From contig JBFLWF010000003.1 in assembly GCA_040758355.1 (NCBI GenBank), positions 32,001-96,000 on the forward strand: a stretch of 64,000 nt of DNA, written 5' to 3'. Positions 27,083-37,148 of the stretch are shown here, piece after piece. A program made the position numbers and the translations under genes. Position 1 is the stretch's first letter; every line of letters begins with the position of its first letter. This DNA is from Nitrospirota bacterium. GTDB taxonomy: Bacteria; Nitrospirota; Thermodesulfovibrionia; Thermodesulfovibrionales; Dissulfurispiraceae. The notes beneath the pieces are model-generated. The model was not told the DNA's origin, ran no database searches, and saw only the letters and a program-made list of their open reading frames with translations.

Positions 27083-29773
27083 TCAAAATATTTCTCCAGC
27101 CAGCACTTTACGCAATATCTCGCTCAGCTCCTGAATCTTATACGGTTTGGCAACTACGCTCCTAAAGCCGTATTTTTTAAAGTCAGACATGATTGGATCA
27201 TCCGGATAGCCGCTGGATACAATTGCTTTAACATCGGGGTCGATCTCGAACAACCTCTTGATGGCTTCTCTGCCCCCCATACCTCCTCGCACGGTCAGAT
27301 CCATTACTACAGCACCAAAGGGCTGCCCCGATTCTCTGGCTTTTTTGTATAGCTCAATTGCCTCTTGGCCGTCTCCAGCAGACTCAACCTCATACCCCAT
27401 GCTGCGCAGCATGTCACAGGTAACTTCCCTTATCAATTCTTCGTCATCCATTACAAGAACCTTTCCACTGCCTGCAAATACTTCCCCTTTTGGCTCTTTT
27501 GCCTGAATCTCCTTTTCGGAAGCCGGGATATAGATATAAAAAGTTGTTCCAATTCCAACCCTTGATTCTGCAGTAATATATCCATCATGTTTCTTGATTA
27601 TGGAATAACAGACTGCAAGCCCCAGTCCTGTTCCCTTTCTGCTGTCCATCTTCTTTGTTGTAAAGTATGGGTCGAATATCCTTTTCATGTGTTCCTTCGG
27701 GATGCCAATGCCATGATCTTTTACAGATATTTTCACATATCTGCCTTCTTTTACAGGAAGACCGTCTTCAGAACCGACTGTAACATTTTCTGCCAGAACT
27801 TCAAGAGTCCCGCCCTCGGGCATGGCCCGCTGCGCATTAATACTCAGGTTGTGGATTACCTGCCTCAATTGCCCTTCATCGACTTCAACAGGCCAGAGGT
27901 CTTCCTGAATTGAGAAGTCGCATTTTACATTGGAACCGCTGAGCGAGAAAGTCACAGTATCCTCTATCAATCTTTTAATATATACAACCCCTTTTACAGG
28001 CTCTCCACCCTTTGCAAAGGTCAGTAATTGATAGGTAAGGTCCTTTGCCCTGAAGGATGCTTTTTCTGCTCTGGTCAAGAGTCCGAAATTCTTATCATCG
28101 GGGCTTGTCGACATCTTGGCGAGGGAAATATTTCCTAAAATGCCTGTAAGGAGATTATTGAAGTCATGGGCAATGCCGCCGGCAAGAAAGGCAATCGATT
28201 CCAGTTTTTTGACATTGATCAGCTCGTCTTCCATCTTTTTGCGAAGAGTGATATCTCTGAACGCAGTAATGGAACCGACAATCCTTCCATCCTCTATCAT
28301 TGGAGTAGAAATGTAAGCAACAGGGAACATGGTTCCATCCTTCCGGATGAACATATCGTCTTCGGTAATATATTTTTCCCCTGTCCTGATAACTTTAAGC
28401 ACAGGGCAGTCCCCGGCGGATAGCGGTGTTCCATTGGGTCTGCAATAGTGGATTATTTCGTGTACGTTTTTATCGAGCAATTCTGTTTCCTTCCATCCTA
28501 ACAGACGCTCTGCCTCCGGGTTCATGAAGATGAGACGGCCATGTTCGTTGACAACATAAACGCCTTCTCCCAGTGCCGATGTAATTTCCCGTAATTTTTT
28601 CTCGCTGCTTTGCAGTCGTTCATCCCGGCCACCACTCGTGCAGATAGCCGATCCTTCCGCCTTTCTCCGGTCAATTACGTTTGTCATTATATTTGCAACA
28701 GACTGGAGGAAGTTTATGTCATCTTCTGAGAATTTCCTCTTTTTCCTTGTATGGGCGCCCATTACCCCATAATGCCTGTCCTTGTCATGGATAATAACGC
28801 TTATACCGCTGGCCACGTCATGGTCTATGAGAAGCTGCGGCCCTTTAAATCGGGTCTCTGTGCTGAGGTCATCCACTATGACCGGTCCGGAAGACAGGAG
28901 CGTATACCCGGCCTGTGAGTCTGAATCTGCCGGAACAATTGCCTTTCCTACAAGCCCCTTTCTCCATCCAACGCCGGCTCTTAGGAGTAAGGCTTTTTCG
29001 TCTGGAAGGAGTTCCAGTATCTTGGCATATTCCACATTCAGGCCTTTGGCTACGAGGACGACAGTTTCGTCCATTAAGTCCTGCAGGTCTAAGCCTGTCA
29101 GCGCCTTCTCTCCAAGTTCAGCAACTATTGCCTGCTGTTGTACCCTGGCATTCAGCATTTCCTCAGCCTGCCTGCGTTTGATGGCCTCAGATAGTGCATT
29201 GGCAATAGAAGTTAAGAACGCCTCTTCCCTTTGATTGCGGGGGTGTCCTTCTTTTACATAAATATTTATTACTCCAAGCAATTTGTCGGAAAAAAGGATA
29301 GGGACAGAATAATGGCCGTGATTAACAATCCCTTCGTATCTGACTTCATGGCGGTCATCGAGGCAATCGGCAAATTGTATCTGTCTGGTAAATGCTGCAC
29401 GTCCGCAAAGACACCTGCCAATGGGAAGGCGTGAACATGTCTCCTTTAAGGATTCATTGAGGCCTCTCTGAGCCTTCATTATCAAGAAATCGGAATCATC
29501 TTCAGCGAGGAATATGCAGCCCTTTGATTCAAAGGCAAGCCATGGGATTGAAAGGATCAGTCGAAGCGCTCGCTTCAGGAATTCTTCAAGAGATGTCCCT
29601 TCCAGTGAAAGACTCAAAAGGAAATTTAGTGCCCTCTGGGTATCGTAGCTCTTCCGCATCTCCTCTTCTGCCCGCATGAACTGGGCCTCTGAGGTCTTCA
29701 ATCTGTCAATTCGTTGCCGAAGTCCTGATAGTTCGTCAATAAGTTGTTGTTTTGTTTTATGTTCGTCTTTCAT
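27083..29773 (-). CDS. Hybrid sensor histidine kinase (GAF-GAF-PAS-HisKA-HATPase-REC)
   Basis: CLCG GAF, AGGIAHDFNNLL, FDPYFTTK..GTGLGL, C-terminal VLVMDDE..VMDLTV..AKPY. Confidence 0.93.
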   Translation of the reverse strand: MKDEHKTKQQLIDELSGLRQRIDRLKTSEAQFMRAEEEMRKSYDTQRALNFLLSLSLEGTSLEEFLKRALRLILSIPWLAFESKGCIFLAEDDSDFLIMKAQRGLNESLKETCSRLPIGRCLCGRAAFTRQIQFADCLDDRHEVRYEGIVNHGHYSVPILFSDKLLGVINIYVKEGHPRNQREEAFLTSIANALSEAIKRRQAEEMLNARVQQQAIVAELGEKALTGLDLQDLMDETVVLVAKGLNVEYAKILELLPDEKALLLRAGVGWRKGLVGKAIVPADSDSQAGYTLLSSGPVIVDDLSTETRFKGPQLLIDHDVASGISVIIHDKDRHYGVMGAHTRKKRKFSEDDINFLQSVANIMTNVIDRRKAEGSAICTSGGRDERLQSSEKKLREITSALGEGVYVVNEHGRLIFMNPEAERLLGWKETELLDKNVHEIIHYCRPNGTPLSAGDCPVLKVIRTGEKYITEDDMFIRKDGTMFPVAYISTPMIEDGRIVGSITAFRDITLRKKMEDELINVKKLESIAFLAGGIAHDFNNLLTGILGNISLAKMSTSPDDKNFGLLTRAEKASFRAKDLTYQLLTFAKGGEPVKGVVYIKRLIEDTVTFSLSGSNVKCDFSIQEDLWPVEVDEGQLRQVIHNLSINAQRAMPEGGTLEVLAENVTVGSEDGLPVKEGRYVKISVKDHGIGIPKEHMKRIFDPYFTTKKMDSRKGTGLGLAVCYSIIKKHDGYITAESRVGIGTTFYIYIPASEKEIQAKEPKGEVFAGSGKVLVMDDEELIREVTCDMLRSMGYEVESAGDGQEAIELYKKARESGQPFGAVVMDLTVRGGMGGREAIKRLFEIDPDVKAIVSSGYPDDPIMSDFKKYGFRSVVAKPYKIQELSEILRKVLAGEIF

Positions 29774-29948
29774 TGCTTGTAGCAAGTTTTCACAAATGTG
29801 TACTAATCGCTATCAATCAAATACGGAAGACATTCGCTGCAAAAGGCAGGCCCCCCCGTTTCTTCATCCCCTATGGTTTTGTTCTTAACAAAAGGCTGGA
29901 ACTATTTTTTTGTTTTATTGTAAAACAATAAATACGGAAATGTAAATT

Positions 29949-30165
29949 CCATAATCCGTAACGTAATGATGAATGTCGAGCATGTTTCAAAAGCCTTTAC
30001 AAAGTGTTGGTCTTTAATTTATGCCAGAGATAATCTACGCATCGCTCAATAAGAGAGCAATGTAGTAGATGACGGGTTCAAGACAATGCAGTTGAAAACT
30101 AAAAGTGTAAAGTCTTTTTCAGCACACTCGACATCCATTTCGAGATGTTTGGCTACGGATTATGG
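29949..30165. repeat. Structured palindromic element family, copy B (divergent)
   Basis: CCATAATCCGTA/TACGGATTATGG, ATGTCGAG/CTCGACAT, AAAGCCTTTACA/TGTAAAGTCTTT, core CAATGTAGTAGATGACGG identical to copy A. Confidence 0.85.
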
Positions 30166-30217
30166 TAAATCACAAGATTAGGGTGATAATAGCATGAAGT
30201 CCTGACGGCATTGACCG

Positions 30218-30246
30218 AAAAGAGGGGTGATCCTGAAGACCACCCC
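30218..30246 (-). terminator. Intrinsic terminator after beta-propeller gene
   Basis: GGGGTGGTC-TTCAG-GATCACCCC-TCTTTT on minus strand. Confidence 0.7.
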
Positions 30247-30260
30247 ACTTCTGGAATAGC

Positions 30261-31472
30261 TTAGTGACTATGCATCTTATAAACCCCGGGTATTTCAAAA
30301 AGGTTTGTGTAAGTGTTTATGACCTGTGCTGCCTTATCACCCGTGGGGATTCCTTTGACGACCTCGCGTGTCTGCATGTCAATCACATACAGAGCCCCAT
30401 CAGAGGCATTGGTGGCATATGCCTTTTTGCTGTCAGCGCTGAAGACTATATGGCCGACATGATTGCCGTTTCCTACAGGAATGTCTTTTAGTTTCAGGCC
30501 GGTCTTTGCATCGACGATAGTGATGATATTTGAACCGTATGGGGTCAGCACAACGTAGTTGCCGTCCGGGGTCAGGTATGGATGTCCAACGCCGTTTGCT
30601 GCCTTGATTGTTCTGATGACTTTCTGCTGGGCAACGTCAATCACTGCTACTGTGCTGCCGCCAAACTTTGGGCCGGGACCGCGGTTGCAATAATAGAAAT
30701 ACTTGCCATCGAGGGTAAATATACCGTGATGGCCTTCTATAGCTTCACCCTCTGCCGTCGGTATTTCTATCTTCTTCACCTCTTTGAATGTCGTCATGTC
30801 GACTATTGAGACAGACGGCTTGATCTTTGCAGCGTCATTGCCTTCATAGACTATCCAGACCTGCTTGTTGTCAGGAGTAGGAATAAAGTAATGGGCCGGG
30901 CTGTCGCCATCGATCGTCGCAGCCACTTCGAGGGAAGGGATTTTGAGTACATAGGCCTTTTTGTCAGCATAGTTCTGGACAAAGGCGTATTTGCTATCCC
31001 AGGTGAAGGCAGAGTGCATCATGAGAGGACCTTTGTATTCCTTGTTCGCATGGTCAACGGCAAAGGTCTTCAGTTCCTTGTCGGTCTTAGCATCGAGCAG
31101 AACTGCCTTGACTTCGCCTGTATGATTGATAAGTACATATTTCCCGTCTGGTGTCACGAGCGGATGTTTGACGTTCTTGCCGGTCTTGATGTGTTTCAGG
31201 GTTTTATGGGTTATTGCGTCAATAACCGTTACAGAGTCGCCTCCGTTTTCGCCGACGTATATCTTCTTCAGATCAGGCGTAAGGCAGGCAAGCCAGCCCG
31301 TCGGACCGGTTTCACAATGGCCGATGACCATGTCTTTCTGCGGATCAACAAAAGAAAGTGTTTTTGATGCAGCATTAGGCACGAAGATCCACTTGGCGAC
31401 AGCAGCATATACAGCCGTGCTCAAGCCGACTACGACTAAAGCGATAAGACAATACCTTAAGAATCTCCTCAT
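30261..31472 (-). CDS. Exported YncE/YVTN-type beta-propeller protein, His-rich blades
   Basis: Signal peptide (..AVYA-A), ~8 repeats of xxTPDGKYxY..VxVID type, His at the start of six blades. Confidence 0.85.
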   Translation of the reverse strand: MRRFLRYCLIALVVVGLSTAVYAAVAKWIFVPNAASKTLSFVDPQKDMVIGHCETGPTGWLACLTPDLKKIYVGENGGDSVTVIDAITHKTLKHIKTGKNVKHPLVTPDGKYVLINHTGEVKAVLLDAKTDKELKTFAVDHANKEYKGPLMMHSAFTWDSKYAFVQNYADKKAYVLKIPSLEVAATIDGDSPAHYFIPTPDNKQVWIVYEGNDAAKIKPSVSIVDMTTFKEVKKIEIPTAEGEAIEGHHGIFTLDGKYFYYCNRGPGPKFGGSTVAVIDVAQQKVIRTIKAANGVGHPYLTPDGNYVVLTPYGSNIITIVDAKTGLKLKDIPVGNGNHVGHIVFSADSKKAYATNASDGALYVIDMQTREVVKGIPTGDKAAQVINTYTNLFEIPGVYKMHSH

Positions 31473-31553
31473 ACATTACCTCCTCAGGTTTGATTTACAC
31501 GTTATGCAAACACAAAATATCGCAACAACGCATCACCTCCTCCTATGTTTTAT

Positions 31554-31569
31554 TGCACCTATCATGCCA
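31554..31569 (-). promoter_or_regulatory. sigma54 -24/-12 promoter
   Basis: TGGCATGATAGGTGCA (GG-N10-GC), upstream of the propeller gene and adjacent to an NtrC-type activator gene. Confidence 0.8.
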
Positions 31570-31691
31570 GCGAGGGGCAACCGTTTTGCTGTACTGAAAA
31601 GGACTTGAATGAGGCTGAATGGCGAAGGCAGGGGACTAAGCAACAGAACTATGTGTAAAATACTAAGGCAAAATGCACTAACATGCGCATT

Positions 31692-33059
31692 TTACTCTAT
31701 AGGAATTCCCATGGAATTAAGCTTCCTTCGGAGGGTGCTGTAATCGATTCCTAAAATTCTGGCAGCCTTGCTTTTATTGCCATTGACAGCTTTAAGCACA
31801 TTTGCTATATGAAGCCTCTCTATATCAAAAAGTGTTAAATCAGAAGGATACGGGGAAACGGATTGAGTAGTTCGTTCACTGCCAGTCCTTATCTCATAGG
31901 GCAGGTCGTCAATGCCGATAATATCGGCATCCGTTATGGTAATCGCCCTTTCTATGACATTTTCAAGTTCTCTAACATTGCCTTCCCATTTGTATCCGAT
32001 TAAAAGTTCTTCGGCATCCCTGCTGATACCTATAATCTTCTTGTTGTATTTATCCGAAAATTTTTTAACAAAGTGCCTGACAAGCAGAGGAATATCGTCT
32101 TTTCTTTCTCTCAACGGAGGAATCTCCAATGGTATCACATTAAGGCGATAATAAAGGTCTTTTCTGAAAGTCCCTTTATCGACAGCCTCTTTCAGATCCT
32201 CATTTGTCGCTGCTATTATCCTTACATCTACGCTTATGGTCTCTTTCCCTCCGAGCCTCATAAAGCTTCTTTCCTGTAAAAATCTGAGGAGCTTTACCTG
32301 CATCATAGGGCTTATGCTGCTCACCTCATCGAGGAATACTGTGCCGTTATTTGCAGCCTCGAACAAGCCTGTTTTCCTGTTAATGGCTCCGGTAAATGCG
32401 CCCTTTTCATAACCGAATAATTCAGATTCAAGAAGCTCATCAGGAAGCGCTCCGCAGTTAATAGCAATAAAAGGGCATCCTGCCCTTTTGCTGCCAAAAT
32501 GGATCGCCCTTGCAACAAGTTCCTTGCCGACCCCGCTTTCTCCGATAATGAGGACTGTCCCATCCGTGTTTTTTACTTTATCTATCATCGTAAAGACCTG
32601 CCTCATTGCAGGGCTTGTGCCGATTATCTCAGGATATACCGCGCCTTCGATCTGTTTTTTCAAAATAATATTTTCGAGCTTCAGCCTTCTGGCCTCAACA
32701 GCCCTTTTGACAACAATCAGCATATGGTCGGGATCAAAAGGCTTGGGTACAAAGTCATACGCTCCTGCCTTTATTGCCTTTACAGCGGATTCAACGGATG
32801 AGTAAGCGGTAATAACAATCACTACTATGTCCTTATCTATGGAGTGCGCCCTTTCTATTACTTTAAACCCGTCCATATCAGGCATCATGAGGTCTGTTAT
32901 CACAATATCCGCAGGCTCTCCGCTGCCGAGCCTCTGCAGAGCATCGCCTGCATTTAAAAATGTCTCGACAGCATACCCCTCAGGCTCAAGAGACCTTTTT
33001 AATATACTCAACATTGTATCTTCGTCATCGATGGCTATTATCCTGACAGGTCTATCCAT
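31692..33059 (-). CDS. sigma54-dependent response regulator (NtrC family)
   Basis: REC, GESGVGKE, ELFGYEKGAFTGA, Fis-type HTH. Start MDRPV. Confidence 0.95.
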   Translation of the reverse strand: MDRPVRIIAIDDEDTMLSILKRSLEPEGYAVETFLNAGDALQRLGSGEPADIVITDLMMPDMDGFKVIERAHSIDKDIVVIVITAYSSVESAVKAIKAGAYDFVPKPFDPDHMLIVVKRAVEARRLKLENIILKKQIEGAVYPEIIGTSPAMRQVFTMIDKVKNTDGTVLIIGESGVGKELVARAIHFGSKRAGCPFIAINCGALPDELLESELFGYEKGAFTGAINRKTGLFEAANNGTVFLDEVSSISPMMQVKLLRFLQERSFMRLGGKETISVDVRIIAATNEDLKEAVDKGTFRKDLYYRLNVIPLEIPPLRERKDDIPLLVRHFVKKFSDKYNKKIIGISRDAEELLIGYKWEGNVRELENVIERAITITDADIIGIDDLPYEIRTGSERTTQSVSPYPSDLTLFDIERLHIANVLKAVNGNKSKAARILGIDYSTLRRKLNSMGIPIE

Positions 33060-34758
33060 TGTCCTCTCCTGCTGGAAGCCTGATCCTGAAAACGCTGCCA
33101 TACCCTTTTTTGCTCTCTACCAATATCTCACCGCCGTGATTCTGTATAATGCCGTAACTTATTGCAAGACCCAGACCAGTTCCTTCCCCGACAGCCTTTG
33201 TGGTAAAAAACGGATAGAATATTTTATCCTGAATATCTTCATCTATGCCGCATCCCGTGTCCGAGATGGAGATTTCAACCATACTGTTTTCATCCTGCGT
33301 GGTCTTCACCGTAACAATACCAGATGTTTCGATGGACTGAACGGCATTCAGCAATACATTGGTCAACACCTGATTTATCTGGAGCGGGTCTATAAATACA
33401 TCAGGAAGATTGTTATAAAATTCTTTCTTTATTTCGATATTCTTTGAGTCAAGCTTATTTCTCAAAGAATTGACAGCGTCTTCAACGATGCTGTTTAATG
33501 CGGTTTTCTCTTTCTTGGGCAGGGACTGCCGGGAATAAGTCAGGAGATCCTTTACTATTCTGGCGCATCGGTTGGCATCCTTTATTATTGTCTCGAGGTC
33601 TGCCCTGATTAAATCGTCCGAAATGCTTCTCTGCGTCAGTTTTGCGATGCCCATGATATTGCCTATGGGATTGTTTATTTCATGAGCAATTCCAGCGGCA
33701 AACTTGCCGACAGCGGCCAGCCGTTCCGACTGACGGAGGCTTTCTTCCATGCTGTGAAGTTTTTTGAGGTTTTGCGCCATCCTGTTAAAGCTCTCAGAAA
33801 GCTCTCCCACCTCGTCCTGCGACGCAACATCAATCCTATGCTCAAAGGCGCCGTTTCCTATCAGCTCGGCTCCTTCCTTTAGCTTGATGATAGGCTGTGT
33901 CAGTCTTCTTAAAGTAATGGACAGGATAAATATTGAAATGGCAGCGATAACCAACAGGAGAATGAAGAGCGTAATCTGAACCCTTGCAATAATTTGCGGA
34001 AGTTTGTTCTTCTGAACAATCACGACCCTGCCGATGGCACTGCTGGATACATCGCTTAAAGGAAACTCAAGAAGAAGTCGATCCTCGGAATACATCTGAT
34101 TATCAGGCTCCAGTGTGGATGATATGATTCTCTTATTATTGTCCATAAGAACTATGTCAGTATTACTCAATTCCTTTATTTTTGAAAGCAGCCTACTGTC
34201 TAAAGATATTCCGGCAGTAATAGTGCCTATAATCTGATTTTCATTGTAATAGACAGGAGCAGATGCCCGTATCACAAATCCTCCCTCTGAAAGCTCTATG
34301 CCTGTGGAAATTTTCCTGTGAAATGCATTCTTTATAAGCATGTCGTTTGACCTGTTGTAGCCGTATCTTTCATGGTTCTCTGCCGCTGCAATCACACGCC
34401 CTTTATTGTCTCCAATCTCTACCGAATCAAGCGTAAACGATTTATACAGGCGCATTGCAGCCCTCAGAGGATGCTCCCTTTCTCCTGCGAGCTCAGTATG
34501 ATAAAAGAGGGTATCCTTAATCTCCCTGTCATTGCTGAAAAGCTCTGCGTATCCCGCAACCTTGCTCTTATAATCGTCAAAGAGTTTTACAACAAGATTC
34601 CTCACGCTCACAAGATGCTCCTGCTGCTGCATTAAAAGCGTATCCTTTATCAGATATGAAACAACCGGAAGCACTGTAACAGTAATCATCAAGATGATAA
34701 GAACAACGATCGAAGTTATCTTATATCTTATCGAAAGCCTTTTCCAGATATCCTTCAT
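33052..34758 (-). CDS. Membrane sensor histidine kinase (periplasmic domain, HAMP)
   Basis: Two TMs, HAMP (DEVGELSESFNRMA), AGIAHEINNP, FFTTK..GTGLGL. Confidence 0.94.
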   Translation of the reverse strand: MKDIWKRLSIRYKITSIVVLIILMITVTVLPVVSYLIKDTLLMQQQEHLVSVRNLVVKLFDDYKSKVAGYAELFSNDREIKDTLFYHTELAGEREHPLRAAMRLYKSFTLDSVEIGDNKGRVIAAAENHERYGYNRSNDMLIKNAFHRKISTGIELSEGGFVIRASAPVYYNENQIIGTITAGISLDSRLLSKIKELSNTDIVLMDNNKRIISSTLEPDNQMYSEDRLLLEFPLSDVSSSAIGRVVIVQKNKLPQIIARVQITLFILLLVIAAISIFILSITLRRLTQPIIKLKEGAELIGNGAFEHRIDVASQDEVGELSESFNRMAQNLKKLHSMEESLRQSERLAAVGKFAAGIAHEINNPIGNIMGIAKLTQRSISDDLIRADLETIIKDANRCARIVKDLLTYSRQSLPKKEKTALNSIVEDAVNSLRNKLDSKNIEIKKEFYNNLPDVFIDPLQINQVLTNVLLNAVQSIETSGIVTVKTTQDENSMVEISISDTGCGIDEDIQDKIFYPFFTTKAVGEGTGLGLAISYGIIQNHGGEILVESKKGYGSVFRIRLPAGEDNG

Positions 34759-35576
34759 TTTATCCTTGCAAATCTCTTTCCGATTATAGCCTGCCCATCA
34801 GCGCTTAAAACAAAGTCTATAAATTGCCTTGTCAATCCTGCCGGAATGCCTTTTGTAATAATATAGAGGTCTCCTGCAATCGGATACTTTCCATTTCCAA
34901 TATTCTCGGGGATGGGAGAAATTCCATCAACATCTATAATTCTGACATTTGCCTTTTCGGCAAAAACCATGCTTACAACGCCTATGGCCGATGAAAAATT
35001 TTCTACATATTTCACTATCTCCTGATCTGTTTTAACTATAATCGCCTTTTTTGCAACTGCGCCTTTAATGCCGAGAGCTTTTCTTACAGGTTCGTCCATA
35101 TCCCTGCAATGATCCCTAAAGACCAATGCTATCGGCCTGTCTTCTTTATCAAATTTGTCAAATCCAATGCCAACCTGTTTCCATTTAGTGATATTTCCTT
35201 TATGAATATCAGAGACCTGCTTCAGGGTCAGATTTTTTACGGGATTTTTGGGATTTACAATAACCGCCTTCATATCAATGGCAACCCTATGCGATATCAG
35301 CCCGTGTTTCCTTGCGTCTTTTGGATTCAAAGGACAGCACAAGCCGCCCATTGTATACCTGTCGTTTATGATAACGGCAAGCCCGTCCGAGCATCCTCCT
35401 CCCTTCACCGTTACCTTAATCCCGTATTTCTTTTGGAATGCCTTTGCCAGATCCTCAAGTGCGCCGTGCGTAAGGATATGGGTTCCCTGATAGCCGAACT
35501 CAGCGGCAAAGCAAAAGACAGACGATACAAAAAGAAAAAGCGCAGATAAAAAAATGATTATAAAAGGGTGTCTCAT
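34755..35576 (-). CDS. PstS-like periplasmic binding protein with Cys-substituted ligand site
   Basis: PBP2 motifs VIVNPKNPVKNLT..IHKGNITKWKQVG, YPI..LYIIT..FIDFVLSADGQAII. Contains GGGCSDG, GLCCPL, RDHCRDM. Confidence 0.85.
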   Translation of the reverse strand: MRHPFIIIFLSALFLFVSSVFCFAAEFGYQGTHILTHGALEDLAKAFQKKYGIKVTVKGGGCSDGLAVIINDRYTMGGLCCPLNPKDARKHGLISHRVAIDMKAVIVNPKNPVKNLTLKQVSDIHKGNITKWKQVGIGFDKFDKEDRPIALVFRDHCRDMDEPVRKALGIKGAVAKKAIIVKTDQEIVKYVENFSSAIGVVSMVFAEKANVRIIDVDGISPIPENIGNGKYPIAGDLYIITKGIPAGLTRQFIDFVLSADGQAIIGKRFARIK

Positions 35577-35590
35577 TTACACATTATACC

Positions 35591-36888
35591 CTAAATTGCA
35601 TTGTACTCCTTCACATCGAGCCTTATCCTCTTTAAATCCTCGGAATTATGGCCCGAATAAAGATACGAAAATACAGAGTTGTTGGTAAGCAGCGGATCAA
35701 GGCCATCATCTATAATGCCCGTTTTTACAAGCTTATCCCACGCTGCTGTCCCTTTGATGGGCGAAAATTCGGTAAGGTTTATCCGTACTCCGAGGTTCTT
35801 TAAAAATTCAACTCCTTCCTTCACCTCTTCCAAATCCTGATCGGGCAATCCATACATGAGATAAACACCGATTTCCTCTTTTGTAAAACCCTGCTGTTTT
35901 AAATTCCTTATAGCCCTTTCTAAATCCTCATTGTTCACCTTGTCACCAGTTTGCTTCTGTCTGCTTAAATCCACAGTTTCAAGGCTCGGTCTTATGGTCT
36001 TGAAGTTAGCTTCCTTCATCAGCCTTGCGAGTTCTTCATCGATAAACCTTGCATGTAGGCCGTTAGGCGTGTGAAACCTGATATTCGGTTTGGAATCGAT
36101 AACGCCTTTAAGAATCGGTTTAATATGATTCCCGGCATCTACCAGAAGCGCATCGTCATAAAAGGCAAAATCACGAATACCCATATTACAAAGCTCCCAG
36201 ATTTCTCCTAAGACACTGTCAGGTGAGCGTCTCTGGTAGTTGTCGATCAAGAGTTTAGATGCACAGTATGTACAGTGGAAGGGGCATCCTGTCGCTGTTA
36301 AAAGAGGTGCAAATGGATATTCCTCGTAGAGTTTAAGTTTGTAATATTGAACAGGCCATCCTTTCTTTTTTAGTTTAAAACCGAATGTGTACAATGCAAA
36401 ATTGAGGCTGTCGTTTATATGCCCCTTATAAATAAAATCCGCGCCGGAATTCTTTGAGGCGTGTTCATGATAAATGGTTGCATATATCCCTCCGAGAACA
36501 ATGGGCACATCACCGGCTACATCCCTTATAATCTCTATTGCTTTTTGAACTCCCTGATACCAGTAGCTCATGATAGAGGTCATTATGACAATGTCAAAGG
36601 GCATAGACTCTTTTATTTTATCTGTAAATTCGTCAATGCTTATTCCATATCGCCTGTAAAAAAAGGCATGTCTTTCAGCAATTCAGGCTTTTCAATAACC
36701 TCGGCTTTAAATTTCCCTGAGCCATATTTTTTTATTGTGAAGGAATCCGTGCAGTCTATCAGTTTAATCTCCGCATCAAACTGGCTCAGATGTTCCGCAA
36801 CTTTAAGCAGCCCCAGCGGCCTTGACCACAGGTTATAGGCCGCAAAATCATATATCCATGGATTTACGAGAAGTATTTTAAGCTTCAT
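35591..36888 (-). pseudogene. B12-binding radical SAM protein interrupted at a T7 run (36658-36664)
   Basis: N-terminal ORF 36640-36888 (LLVNPWIYDFAAYNLWSRPLGL) and C-terminal ORF 35591-36604 (GCPFHCTYC). One extra T would join them as ..MPFFYRRYGISIDEF.. Confidence 0.8.
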
Positions 36889-36900
36889 AAATAATTGAAA

Positions 36901-37108
36901 CCTAACTTAATCGATTTTATATGTCAGGCACGGCTCAAAGACTTTAAAAAGTGTTTGTTCAAGTGTATTATAAAATTATAAGAGCATCACAACAATAAGT
37001 ATCCAATGTTGTAGAATACGGATACAAGATAAGTGTATTTGCAAGTGCGGGGTTTAAAGTCTTTTCGCCGCACCTGACATATATTCTTAACTTAAAATGG
37101 TGTAAGTT
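36901..37108. repeat. Structured palindromic element family, copy C
   Basis: TATATGTCAGG/CCTGACATATA, AAAGACTTTAAA/TTTAAAGTCTTT, GTATCC/GGATAC, outer AACTTA..ATTTT/AAAAT..TAAGTT. Confidence 0.9.
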
Positions 37109-37148
37109 TTTTCTTTAAAGGTTATATTAAGAATAACAGGTAGCAATC

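Noticed and set aside
28620..28660. Small hairpin-like in-frame insert in the hybrid kinase (GSAICTSGGRDE)
   Set aside because: The stem is weak and GU-rich, and it cannot be shown to be an insertion without homologues.
29790..29945. c-di-GMP or other riboswitch upstream of the hybrid kinase
   Set aside because: No GEMM consensus or convincing aptamer fold seen.
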